DNA from: Auanema rhodensis
Taxonomy: Eukaryota; Animalia; Nematoda
DNA length: 64,000 nucleotides
Direction: 5' to 3'
Assembly (NCBI GenBank): GCA_964057225.1
Contig: OZ059894.1
Span: 5,394,001 to 5,458,000 of the forward strand
In this document: in pieces, positions 41,021 through 54,900 of the stretch
Layout: the number at the start of each line of letters is the position of its first letter
Numbering within the stretch: position 1 is the first letter of the stretch
Notes under the pieces: model-generated
What the model saw: the letters and a program-made list of their open reading frames with translations, nothing else
Told to the model about the DNA's origin: nothing
Database searches by the model: none
Position numbers and translations under genes: made by a program

Positions 41021-44000
41021 AAAATGCACCGAGATATCAACTGATATAGGTTCACACTTATATCTTCGATTTTCACCCTGAAGAATTAATTTTTTCGTTG
41101 AATAACATTGTCCATCGTCTTCGCCTTGAAAAAAAAATCTAAAAACATCTACTTTTTGTGAAATTATTTTGAAATTTTTCAGGAAAATTTTTGTCAAAAT
41201 GTTTTTGGAAGCAATGTTGAGTGTACATGGAAACTCAACATACACTAATGCATCATTTTTCAAACGATCATAACTAATTTTTGTATTGGACGTTTCCCAA
41301 TGTATTAAAGTGTATTCGATGCGGATTTTTAAGCTGCGTCGATCTGTGTTATCAGATTTGCGCTAACTTAAAAATGCACCGAGATATCAACTGATATAGG
41401 TTCACACTTATATCTTCGATTTTCACCCTGAAGAATTAATTTTTTCGTTGAATAACATTGTCCATCGTCTTCGCCTTGAAAAAAAAATCTAAAAACATCT
41501 ACTTTTTGTGAAATTATTTTGAAATTTTTCAGGAAAATTTTTGTCAAAATGTTTTTGGAAGCAATGTTGAGTGTACATGGAAACTCAACATACACTAATG
41601 CATCATTTTTCAAACGATCATAACTAATTTTTGTATTGGACGTTTCCCAATGTATTAAAGTGTATTCGATGCGGATTTTTAAGCTGCGTCGATCTGTGTT
41701 ATCAGATTTGCGCTAACTTAAAAATGCACCGAGATATCAACTGATATAGGTTCACACTTATATCTTCGATTTTCACCCTGAAGAATTAATTTTTTCGTTG
41801 AATAACATTGTCCATCGTCTTCGCCTTCAAAAAAAAATCTAAAAACATCTACTTTTTGTGAAATTATTTTGAAATTTTTCAGGAAAATTTTTGTCAAAAT
41901 GTTTTTGGAAGCAATAATGAGTGTACATGGAAACTCAACATACACTAATGCATCATTTTTCAAACGATCATAACTAATTTTTGTATTGGACGTTTTCCAA
42001 TGTATTAAAGTGTATTCGATGCGGATTTTTAAGCTGCGTCGATCTGTGTTATCAGATTTGCGCTAACTTAAAAATGCACCGAGATATCAACTGATATAGG
42101 TTCACACTTTTATCTTCGATTTTCACCCTGAAGAATTAATTTTTTCGTTGAATAACATTGTCCATCGTCTTCGCCTTGAAAAAAAAATCTAAAAACATCT
42201 ACTTTTTGTGAAATTATTTTGAAATTTTTCAGGAAAATTTTTGTCAAAATGTTTTTGGAAGCAATGTTGAGTGTACATGGAAACTCAACATACACTAATG
42301 CATCATTTTTCAAACGATCATAACTAATTTTTGTATTGGACGTTTCCCAATGTATTATAGTGTATTCGATGCGGATTTTTAAGCTGCGTCGATCTGTGTT
42401 ATCAGATTTGCGCTAACTTAAAAATGCACCGAGATATCAACTGATATAGGTTCACACTTATATCTTCGATTTTCACCCTGAAGAATTAATTTTTTCGTTG
42501 AATAACATTGTCCATCGTCTTCGCCTCGAAAAAAAAATCTAAAAACATCTACTTTTTGTGAAATTATCTGGAAATTTTTCGGGAAAATTTTTGTCAAAAA
42601 GTTTTTGGAAGCAATTTTGAGTGTACATGGAAACTCAACATACACTAATGCATCATTTTTCAAACGATCATAACTAATTTTTGTATTAAGCGTTTTTCAA
42701 TGTGACGTAGTGCATTCGATGCGGAATTTTAAGCTGCGTCGATTTGTGTTATCAGATTTGCGCTCACTTAAAAATGCACCGAGATATCAACTGATATAGG
42801 TTCACACTTATATCTTCGATTTTCACCCTGAAGAATTAATTTTTTCGTTGAATAACATTGTCCATCGTCTTCGCCTCGAAAAAAAAATCTAAAAACATCT
42901 ACTTTTTGTGAAATTATCTGGAAATTTTTCGGGAAATTTTTGTCAAAAAGTTTTTGGAAGCAACTTTGAGTGTACATGGAAACTCAACATACACTAATGC
43001 ATCATTTTTCAAACGATCATAACTAATTTTTGTATTGGACGTTTCCCAATGTATTATAGTGTATTCGATGCGGATTTTTAAGCTGCGTCGATCTGTGTTA
43101 TCAGATTTGCGCTATCTTAAAAATGCACCGAGATATCAACTGATATATGTTCACACTTATATCTTCGATTTTCACCCTGAAGAATTAATTTTTTCGTTGA
43201 ATAACATTGTCCATCGTCTTCGCCTCGAAAAAAAAATCTAAAAACATCTACTTTTTGTGAAATTATCTGGAAATTTTTCGGGAAATTTTTGTCAAAAAGT
43301 TTTTGGAAGCAACTTTGAGTGCACATGGAAACTCAACATACACTAATGCATCATTTTTCAAACGATCATAACTAATTTTTGTATTGGACGTTTCCCAATG
43401 TATTATAGTGTATTCGATGCGGATTTTTAAGCTGCGTCGATCTGTGTTATCAGATTTGCGCTAACTTAAAAATGCACCGAGATATCAACTGATATAGGTT
43501 CACACTTATATCTTCGATTTTCACCCTGAAGAATTAATTTTTTCGTTGAATAACATTGTCCATCGTCTTCGCCTCGAAAAAAAAATCTAAAAACATCTAC
43601 TTTTTGTGAAATTATCTTTAAATTTTTCGGGAAATTTTTGTCAAAAAGTTTTTGGAAGCAACTTTGAGTGTACATGGAAACTCAACATACACTAATGCAT
43701 CATTTTTCAAACGATCATAACTAATTTTTGTATTGGACGTTTCCCAATGTATTATAGTGTATTCGATGCGGATTTTTAAGCTGCGTCGATCTGTGTTATC
43801 AGATTTGCGCTAACTTAAAAATGCACCGAGATATCAACTGATATAGGTTCACACTTATATCTTCGATTTTCACCCTGAAGAATTAATTTTTTCGTTGAAT
43901 AACATTGTCCATCGTCTTCGCCTTGAAAAAAAAATCTAAAAACATCTACTTTTTGTGAAATTATTTTGAAATTTTTCAGGAAAATTTTTGTCAAAATGTT

Positions 44001-46259
44001 TTTGGAAGCAATGTTGAGTGTACATGGAAACTCAACATACACTAATGCATCATTTTTCAAACGATCATAACTAATTTTTGTATTGGACGTTTCCCAATGT
44101 ATTAAAGTGTATTCGATGCGGATTTTTAAGCTGCGTCGATCTGTGTTATCAGATTTGCGCTAACTTAAAAATGCACCGAGATATCAACTGATATAGGTTC
44201 ACACTTATATCTTCGATTTTCACCCTGAAGAATTAATTTTTTCGTTGAATAACATTGTCCATCGTCTTCGCCTTGAAAAAAAAATCTAAAAACATCTACT
44301 TTTTGTGAAATTATTTTGAAATTTTTCAGGAAAATTTTTGTCAAAATGTTTTTGGAAGCAATGTTGAGTGTACATGGAAACTCAACATACACTAATGCAT
44401 CATTTTTCAAACGATCATAACTAATTTTTGTATTGGACTTTTCCCAATGTATTATAGTGTATTCGATGCGGATTTTTAAGCTGCGTCGATCTGTGTTATC
44501 AGATTTGCGCTAACTTAAAAATGCACCGAGATATCAACTGATATAGGTTCACACTTATATCTTCGATTTTCACCCTGAAGAATTAATTTTTTCGTTGAAT
44601 AACATTGTCCATCGTCTTCGCCTCGAAAAAAAAATCTAAAAACATCTACTTTTTGTGAAATTATCTGGAAATTTTTCGGGAAAATTTTTGTCAAAATGTT
44701 TTTGGAAGCAATGTTGAGTGTACATGGAAACTCAACATACACTAATGCATCATTTTTCAAACGATCATAACTAATTTTTGTATTCAGCGTTTCTCAATGT
44801 AACATAGTGCATTCGATGCGGATTTTTAAGCTGCGTCGATCTGTGTTATCAGATTTGCGCTAACTTAAAAATGCACCGAGATATCAACTGATATAGGTTC
44901 ACACTTATATCTTCGATTTTCACCCTGAAGAATTAATTTTTTCGTTGAATAACATTGTCCATCGTCTTCGCCTTGAAAAAAAAATCTAAAAACATCTACT
45001 TTTTGTGAAATTATCTGGAAATTTTTCGGGAAAATTTTTGTCAAAATGTTTTTGGAAGCAATGTTGAGTGTACATGGAAACTCAACATACACTAATGCAT
45101 CATTTTTCAAACGATCATAACTAATTTTTGTATTCAGCGTTTCTCAATGTAACATAGTGCATTCGATGCGGATTTTTAAGCTGCGTCGATCTGTGTTATC
45201 AGATTTGCGCTAACTTAAAAATGCACCGAGATATCAACTGATATAAGTTCACACTTATATCTTCGATTTTCACCCTGAAGAATTAATTTTTTCGTTGAAT
45301 AACATTGTCCATCGTCTTCGCCTCGAAAAAAAAATCTAAAAACATCTACTTTTTGTGAAATTATCTGGAAATTTTTCGGGAAAATTTTTGTCAAAATGTT
45401 TTTGGAAGCAATTTTGAGTGTACATGGAAACTCAACATACACTAATGCATCATTTTTCAAACGATCATAACTAATTTTTGTATTAAGCGTTTTTCAATGT
45501 GACGTAGTGCATTCGATGCGGAATTTTAAGCTGCGTCGATTTGTGTTATCAGATGTGCGCTAACTTAAGAATGCACCGAGATATCAACTGATATAAGTTC
45601 ACACATATATCCTCGATTTTCACCCTGAAGAATTAATTTTTTCGTTGAATAACATTGTCCATCGCCTTCGCCTTGAAGAAAGGAATCTAAAAACATCTAC
45701 TTTTTGTAAAATTATTTTGAACTTTTCGGGAAAATTTTTGTCAAAATGTTTTTGGAAGCAATTTTGAGTGTACATGGAAACTCAACATACACTAATGCAT
45801 CATTTTTCAAACGATCATAACTAATTTTTGTATTGGACGTTTCCCAATGTATTATAGTGTATTCGATGCGGATTTTTAAGCTGCGTCGATCTGTGTTATC
45901 AGATTTGCGCTATCTTAAAAATGCACCGAGATATCAACTGATATATGTTCACACTTATATCTTCGATTTTCACCCTGAAGAATTAATTTTTTCGTTGAAT
46001 AACATTGTCCATCGTCTTCGCCTCGAAAAAAAAATCTAAAAACATCTACTTTTTGTGAAATTATCTTCAAATTTTTCGGGAAATTTTTGTCAAAAAGTTT
46101 TTGGAAGCAACTTTGAGTGTACATGGAAACTCAACATACACTAATGCATCATTTTTCAAACGATCATAACTAATTTTTGTATTGGACGTTTCCCAATGTA
46201 TTATAGTGTATTCGATGCGGATTTTTAAGCTGCGTCGATCTGTGTTATCAGATTTGCGC

Positions 46260-49200
46260 TAACTTAAAAATGCACCGAGATATCAACTGATATAGGTTCA
46301 CACTTATATCTTCGATTTTCACCCTGAAGAATTAATTTTTTCGTTGAATACCATTGTCCATCGTCTTCGCCTTAAAAGAAAAATCTAAAAACATCTACTT
46401 TTTGTGAAATTATCTGGAAATTTTTCGGGAAAATTTTTGTCAAAAAGTTTTTGGAAGCAATTTTGAGTGTACATGGAAACTCAACATACACTAATGCATC
46501 ATTTTTCAAACGATCATAACTAATTTTTGTATTAAGCGTTTCTCAATGTGACGTAGTGCATTCGATGCGGAATTTTAAGCTGCGTCGATTTGTGTTATCA
46601 GATGTGCGCTAACTTAAGAATGCACCGAGATATCAACTGATATAAGTTCACACATATATCCTCGATTTTCACCCTGAAGAATTAATTTTTTCGTTGAATA
46701 ACATTGTCCATCGTCTTCGCCTCGAAAAAAAAATCTAAAAACATCTACTTTTTGTAAAATTATTTTGAACTTTTCGGGAAAATTTTTGTCAAAATGTTTT
46801 TGGAAGCAATTTTGAGTGTACATGGAAACTCAACATACACTAATGCATCATTTTTCAAACGATCATAACTAATTTTTGTATTAAGCGTTTTTCAATGTGA
46901 CGTAGTGCATTCGATGCGGAATTTTAAGCTGCGTCGATTTGTGTTATCAGATTTGCGCTCACTTAAAAATGCACCGAGATATCAACTGATATAGGTTCAC
47001 ACTTATATCTTCGATTTTCACCCTGAAGAATTAATTTTTTCGTTGAATAACATTGTCCATCGTCTTCGCCTTGAAAAAAGGAATCTAAAAACATCTACTT
47101 TTTGTAAAATTATTTTGAACTTTTCGGGAAAATTTTTGTCAAAATGTTTTTGGAAGCAATTTTGAGTGTACATGGAAACTCAACATACACTAATGCATCA
47201 TTTTTCAAACGATCATAACTAATTTTTGTATTGGACGTTTCCCAATGTATTATAGTGTATTCAATGCGGATTTTTAAGCTGCGTCGATCTGTGTTATCAG
47301 ATTTGCGCTAACTTAAAAATGCACCGAGATATCAACTGATATAGGTTCACACATATATCCTCGATTTTCACCCTGAAGAATTAATTTTTTCGTTGAATAA
47401 CATTGTCCATCGTCTTCGCCTCGAAAAAAAAATCTAAAAACATCTACTTTTTGTAAAATTATTTTGAACTTTTCGGGAAAATTTTTGTCAAAATGTTTTT
47501 GGAAGCAATTTTGAGTGTACATGGAAACTCAACATACACTAATGCATCATTTTTCAAACGATCATAACTAATTTTTGTTTTGGACGTTTCCCAATGTATT
47601 ATAGTGTATTCGATGCGGATTTTTAAGCTGCGTCGATCTGTGTTATCAGATTTGCGCTCACTTAAAAATGCACCGAGATATCAACTGATATAGGTTCACA
47701 CTTATATCTTCGATTTTCACCCTGAAGAATTAATTTTTTCGTTGAATAACATTGTCCATCGTCTTCGCCTCGAAAAAAAAATCTAAAAACATCTACTTTT
47801 TGTGAAATTATCTGGAAATTTTTCGGGAAATTTTTGTCAAAAAGTTTTTGGAAGCAACTTTGAGTGTACATGGAAACTCAACATACACTAATGCATCATT
47901 TTTCGAACGATCATAACTAATTTTTGTATTGGACGTTTCCCAATGTATTATAGTGTATTCGATGCGGATTTTTAAGCTGCGTCGATCTGTGTTATCAGAT
48001 TTGCGCTATCTTAAAAATGCACCGAGATATCAACTGATATATGTTCACACTTATATCTTCGATTTTCACCCTGAAGAATTAATTTTTTCGTTGAATAACA
48101 TTGTCCATCGTCTTCGCCTCGAAAAAAAAATCTAAAAACATCTACTTTTTGTGAAATTATCTGGAAATTTTTCGGGAAATTTTTGTCAAAAAGTTTTTGG
48201 AAGCAACTTTGAGTGCACATGGAAACTCAACATACACTAATGCATCATTTTTCAAACGATCATAACTAATTTTTGTATTGGACGTTTCCCAATGTATTAT
48301 AGTGTATTCGATGCGGATTTTTAAGCTGCGTCGATCTGTGTTATCAGATTTGCGCTAACTTAAAAATGCACCGAGATATCAACTGATATAGGTTCACACT
48401 TATATCTTCGATTTTCACCCTGAAGAATTAATTTTTTCGTTGAATAACATTGTCCATCGTCTTCGCCTTGAAAAAAAAATCTAAAAACATCTACTTTTTG
48501 TGAAATTATTTTGAAATTTTTCAGGAAAATTTTTGTCAAAATGTTTTTGGAAGCAATGTTGAGTGTACATGGAAACTCAACATACACTAATGCATCATTT
48601 TTCAAACGATCATAACTAATTTTTGTATTGGACGTTTCCCAATGTATTATAGTGTATTCGATGCGGATTTTTAAGCTGCGTCGATCTGTGTTATCAGATT
48701 TGCGCTAATTTAAAAATGCACCGAGATATCAACTGATATAGGTTCACACTTATATCTTCGATTTTCACCCTGAAGAATTAATTTTTTCGTTGAATAACAT
48801 TGTCCATCGTCTTCGCCTTGAAAAAAAAATCTAAAAACATCTACTTTTTGTGAAATTATTTTGAAATTTTTCAGGAAAATTTTTGTCAAAATGTTTTTGG
48901 AAGCAATGTTGAGTGTACATGGAAACTCAACATACACTAATGCATCATTTTTCAAACGATCATAACTAATTTTTGTATTGGACGTTTCCCAATGTATTAA
49001 AGTGTATTCGATGCGGATTTTTAAGCTGCGTCGATCTGTGTTATCAGATTTGCGCTAACTTAAAAATGCACCGAGATATCAACTGATATAGGTTCACACT
49101 TATATCTTCGATTTTCACCCTGAAGAATTAATTTTTTCGTTGAATAACATTGTCCATCGTCTTCGCCTTGAAAAAAAAATCTAAAAACATCTACTTTTTG

Positions 49201-52200
49201 TGAAATTATTTTGAAATTTTTCAGGAAAATTTTTGTCAAAATGTTTTTGGAAGCAATGTTGAGTGTACATGGAAACTCAACATACACTAATGCATCATTT
49301 TTCAAACGATCATAACTAATTTTTGTATTGGACGTTTCCCAATGTATTATAGTGTATTCGATGCGGATTTTTAAGCTGCGTCGATCTGTGTTATCAGATT
49401 TGCGCTAACTTAAAAATGCACCGAGATATCAACTGATATAGGTTCACACTTATATCTTCGATTTTCACCCTGAAGAATTAATTTTTTCGTTGAATAACAT
49501 TGTCCATCGTCTTCGCCTTGAAAAAAAAATCTAAAAACATCTACTTTTTGTGAAATTATTTTGAAATTTTTCAGGAAAATTTTTGTCAAAATGTTTTTGG
49601 AAGCAATGTTGAGTGTACATGGAAACTCAACATACACTAATGCATCATTTTTCAAACGATCATAACTAATTTTTGTATTGGACGTTTCCCAATGTATTGA
49701 AGTGTATTCGATGCGGATTTTTAAGCTGCGTCGATCTGTGTTATCAGATTTGCGCTAACTTAAAAATGCACCGAGATATCAACTGATATAGGTTCACACT
49801 TATATCTTCGATTTTCACCCTGAAGAATTAATTTTTTCGTTGAATAACATTGTCCATCGTCTTCGCCTTGAAAAAAAAATCTAAAAACATCTACTTTTTG
49901 TGAAATTATTTTGAAATTTTTCAGGAAAATTTTTGTCAAAATGTTTTTGGAAGCAATGTTGAGTGTACATGGAAACTCAACATACACTAATGCATCATTT
50001 TTCAAACGATCATAACTAATTTTTGTATTGGACGTTTCCCAATGTATTATAGTGTATTCGATGCGGATTTTTAAGCTGCGTCGATCTGTGTTATCAGATT
50101 TGCGCTAACTTAAAAATGCACCGAGATATCAACTGATATAGGTTCACACTTATATCTTCGATTTTCACCCTGAAGAATTAATTTTTTCGTTGAATAACAT
50201 TGTCCATCGTCTTCGCCTCGAAAAAAAAATCTAAAAACATCTACTTTTTGTGAAATTATCTGGAAATTTTTCGGGAAAATTTTTGTCAAAAAGTTTTTGG
50301 AAGCAATTTTGAGTGTACATGGAAACTCAACATACACTAATGCATCATTTTTCAAACGATCATAACTAATTTTTGTATTAAGCGTTTTTCAATGTGACGT
50401 AGTGCATTCGATGCGGAATTTTAAGCTGCGTCGATTTGTGTTATCAGATTTGCGCTCACTTAAAAATGCACCGAGATATCAACTGATATAGGTTCACACT
50501 TATATCTTCGATTTTCACCCTGAAGAATTAATTTTTTCGTTGAATAACATTGTCCATCGTCTTCGCCTTGAAAAAAGGAATCTAAAAACATCTACTTTTT
50601 GTAAAATTATTTTGAACTTTTCGGGAAAATTTTTGTCAAAATGTTTTTGGAAGCAATTTTGAGTGTACATGGAAACTCAACATACAATAATGCATCATTT
50701 TTCAAACGATCATAACTAATTTTTGTTTTGGACGTTTCCCAATGTATTATAGTGTATTCGATGCGGATTTTTAAGCTGCGTCGATCTGTGTTATCAGATT
50801 TGCGCTCACTTAAAAATGCACCGAGATATCAACTGATATAGGTTCACACTTATATCTTCGATTTTCACCCTGAAGAATTAATTTTTTCGTTGAATAACAT
50901 TGTCCATCGTCTTCGCCTCGAAAAAAAAATCTAAAAACATCTACTTTTTGTGAAATTATCTGGAAATTTTTCGGGAAATTTTTGTCAAAAAGTTTTTGGA
51001 AGCAACTTTGAGTGTACATGGAAACTCAACATACACTAATGCATCATTTTTCAAACGATCATAACTAATTTTTGTATTGGACGTTTCCCAATGTATTATA
51101 GTGTATTCGATGCGGATTTTTAAGCTGCGTCGATCTGTGTTATCAGATTTGCGCTATCTTAAAAATGCACCGAGATATCAACTGATATATGTTCACACTT
51201 ATATCTTCGATTTTCACCCTGAAGAATTAATTTTTTCGTTGAATAACATTGTCCATCGTCTTCGCCTCGAAAAAAAATCTAAAAACATCTACTTTTTGTG
51301 AAATTATCTGGAAATTTTTCGGGAAATTTTTGTCAAAAAGTTTTTGGAAGCAACTTTGAGTGCACATGGAAACTCAACATACACTAATGCATCATTTTTC
51401 AAACGATCATAACTAATTTTTGTATTTAGCGTTTCTCAATGTGACGTAGTGCATTCGATGCGGAATTTTAAGCTGCGTCGATTTGTGTTATCAGATGTGC
51501 GCTAACTTAAGAATGCACCGAGATATCAACTGATATAAGTTCACACATATATCCTCGATTTTCACCCTGAAGAATTAATTTTTTCGTTGAATAACATTGT
51601 CCATCGTCTTCGCCTCGAAAAAAAAATCTAAAAACATCTACTTTTTGTAAAATTATTTTGAACTTTTCGGGAAAATTTTTGTCAAAATGTTTTTGGAAGC
51701 AATTTTGAGTGTACATGGAAACTCAACATACACTAATGCATCATTTTTCAAACGATCATAACTAATTTTTGTATTAAGCGTTTTTCAATGTGACGTAGTG
51801 CATTCGATGCGGAATTTTAAGCTGCGTTGATTTGTGTTATCAGATTTGCGCTCACTTAAAAATGCACCGAGATATCAACTGATATAGGTTCACACTTATA
51901 TCTTCGATTTTCACCCTGAAGAATTAATTTTTTCGTTGAATAACATTGTCCATCGTCTTCGCCTTGAAAAAAGGAATCTAAAAACATCTACTTTTTGTAA
52001 AATTATTTTGAACTTTTCGGGAAAATTTTTGTCAAAATGTTTTTGGAAGCAATTTTGAGTGTACATGGAAACTCAACATACACTAATGCATCATTTTTCA
52101 AACGATCATAACTAATTTTTGTATTGGACGTTTCCCAATGTATTATAGTGTATTCAATGCGGATTTTTAAGCTGCGTCGATCTGTGTTATCAGATTTGCG

Positions 52201-54900
52201 CTAACTTAAAAATGCACCGAGATATCAACTGATATAGGTTCACACTTATATCTTCGATTTTCACCCTGAAGAATTAATTTTTTCGTTGAATACCATTGTC
52301 CATCGTCTTCGCCTTAAAAGAAAAATCTAAAAACATCTACTTTTTGTGAAATTATCTGGAAATTTTTCGGGAAAATTTTTGTCAAAAAGTTTTTGGAAGC
52401 AATTTTGAGTGTACATGGAAACTCAACATACACTAATGCATCATTTTTCAAACGATCATAACTAATTTTTGTATTAAGCGTTTCTCAATGTGACGTAGTG
52501 CATTCGATGCGGAATTTTAAGCTGCGTCGATTTGTGTTATCAGATGTGCGCTAACTTAAGAATGCACCGAGATATCAACTGATATAAGTTCACACATATA
52601 TCCTCGATTTTCACCCTGAAGAATTAATTTTTTCGTTGAATAACATTGTCCATCGTCTTCGCCTCGAAAAAAAAATCTAAAAACATCTACTTTTTGTAAA
52701 ATTATTTTGAACTTTTCGGGAAAATTTTTGTCAAAATGTTTTTGGAAGCAATTTTGAGTGTACATGGAAACTCAACATACACTAATGCATCATTTTTCAA
52801 ACGATCATAACTAATTTTTGTTTTGGACGTTTCCCAATGTATTATAGTGTATTCGATGCGGATTTTTAAGCTGCGTCGATCTGTGTTATCAGATTTGCGC
52901 TCACTTAAAAATGCACCGAGATATCAACTGATATAGGTTCACACTTATATCTTCGATTTTCACCCTGAAGAATTAATTTTTTCGTTGAATAACATTGTCC
53001 ATCGTCTTCGCCTCGAAAAAAAAATCTAAAAACATCTACTTTTTGTGAAATTATCTGGAAATTTTTCGGGAAATTTTTGTCAAAAAGTTTTTGGAAGCAA
53101 CTTTGAGTGTACATGGAAACTCAACATACACTAATGCATCATTTTTCAAACGATCATAACTAATTTTTGTATTGGACGTTTCCCAATGTATTATAGTGTA
53201 TTCGATGCGGATTTGTAAGCTGCGTCGATCTGTGTTATCAGATTTGCGCTATCTTAAAAATGCACCGAGATATCAACTGATATATGTTCACACTTATATC
53301 TTCGATTTTCACCCTGAAGAATTAATTTTTTCGTTGAATAACATTGTCCATCGTCTTCGCCTCGAAAAAAAAATCTAAAAACATCTACTTTTTGTGAAAT
53401 TATCTGGAAATTTTTCGGGAAATTTTTGTCAAAAAGTTTTTGGAAGCAACTTTGAGTGCACATGGAAACTCAACATACACTAATGCATCATTTTTCAAAC
53501 GATCATAACTAATTTTTGTATTGGACGTTTCCCAATGTATTATAGTGTATTCGATGCGGATTTTTAAGCTGCGTCGATCTGTGTTATCAGATTTGCGCTA
53601 ACTTAAAAATGCACCGAGATATCAACTGATATAGGTTCACACTTATATCTTCGATTTTCACCCTGAAGAATTAATTTTTTCGTTGAATAACATTGTCCAT
53701 CGTCTTCGCCTTGAAAAAAAAATCTAAAAACATCTACTTTTTGTGAAATTATTTTGAAATTTTTCAGGAAAATTTTTGTCAAAATGTTTTTGGAAGCAAT
53801 GTTGAGTGTACATGGAAACTCAACATACACTAATGCATCATTTTTCAAACGATCATAACTAATTTTTGTATTGGACGTTTCCCAATGTATTATAGTGTAT
53901 TCGATGCGGATTTTTAAGCTGCGTCGATCTGTGTTATCAGATTTGCGCTAACTTAAAAATGCACCGAGATATCAACTGATATAGGTTCACACTTATATCT
54001 TCGATTTTCACCCTGAAGAATTAATTTTTTCGTTGAATAACATTGTCCATCGTCTTCGCCTTGAAAAAAAAATCTAAAAACATCTACTTTTTGTGAAATT
54101 ATTTTGAAATTTTTCAGGAAAATTTTTGTCAAAATGTTTTTGGAAGCAATGTTGAGTGTACATGGAAACTCAACATACACTAATGCATCATTTTTCAAAC
54201 GATCATAACTAATTTTTGTATTGGACGTTTCCCAATGTATTAAAGTGTATTCGATGCGGATTTTTAAGCTGCGTCGATCTGTGTTATCAGATTTGCGCTA
54301 ACTTAAAAATGCACCGAGATATCAACTGATATAGGTTCACACTTATATCTTCGATTTTCACCCTGAAGAATTAATTTTTTCGTTGAATAACATTGTCCAT
54401 CGTCTTCGCCTTGAAAAAAAAATCTAAAAACATCTACTTTTTGTGAAATTATTTTGAAATTTTTCAGGAAAATTTTTGTCAAAATGTTTTTGGAAGCAAT
54501 GTTGAGTGTACATGGAAACTCAACATACACTAATGCATCATTTTTCAAACGATCATAACTAATTTTTGTATTGGACGTTTCCCAATGTATTAAAGTGTAT
54601 TCGATGCGGATTTTTAAGCTGCGTCGATCTGTGTTATCAGATTTGCGCTAACTTAAAAATGCACCGAGATATCAACTGATATAGGTTCACACTTATATCT
54701 TCGATTTTCACCCTGAAGAATTAATTTTTTCGTTGAATAACATTGTCCATCGTCTTCGCCTTGAAAAAAAAATCTAAAAACATCTACTTTTTGTGAAATT
54801 ATTTTGAAATTTTTCAGGAAAATTTTTGTCAAAATGTTTTTGGAAGCAATGTTGAGTGTACATGGAAACTCAACATACACTAATGCATCATTTTTCAAAC
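46260..54900. repeat. Satellite B ~14/15-mer (4893/5243 bp) imperfect duplication
   Basis: ORFs 46614/51507 are offset by 4893, with tattcaatgc at ~47260/52152. ORFs 47662/52905, 47929/53172, 48011/53254 and 48360/53603 are offset by 5243. Confidence 0.75.
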
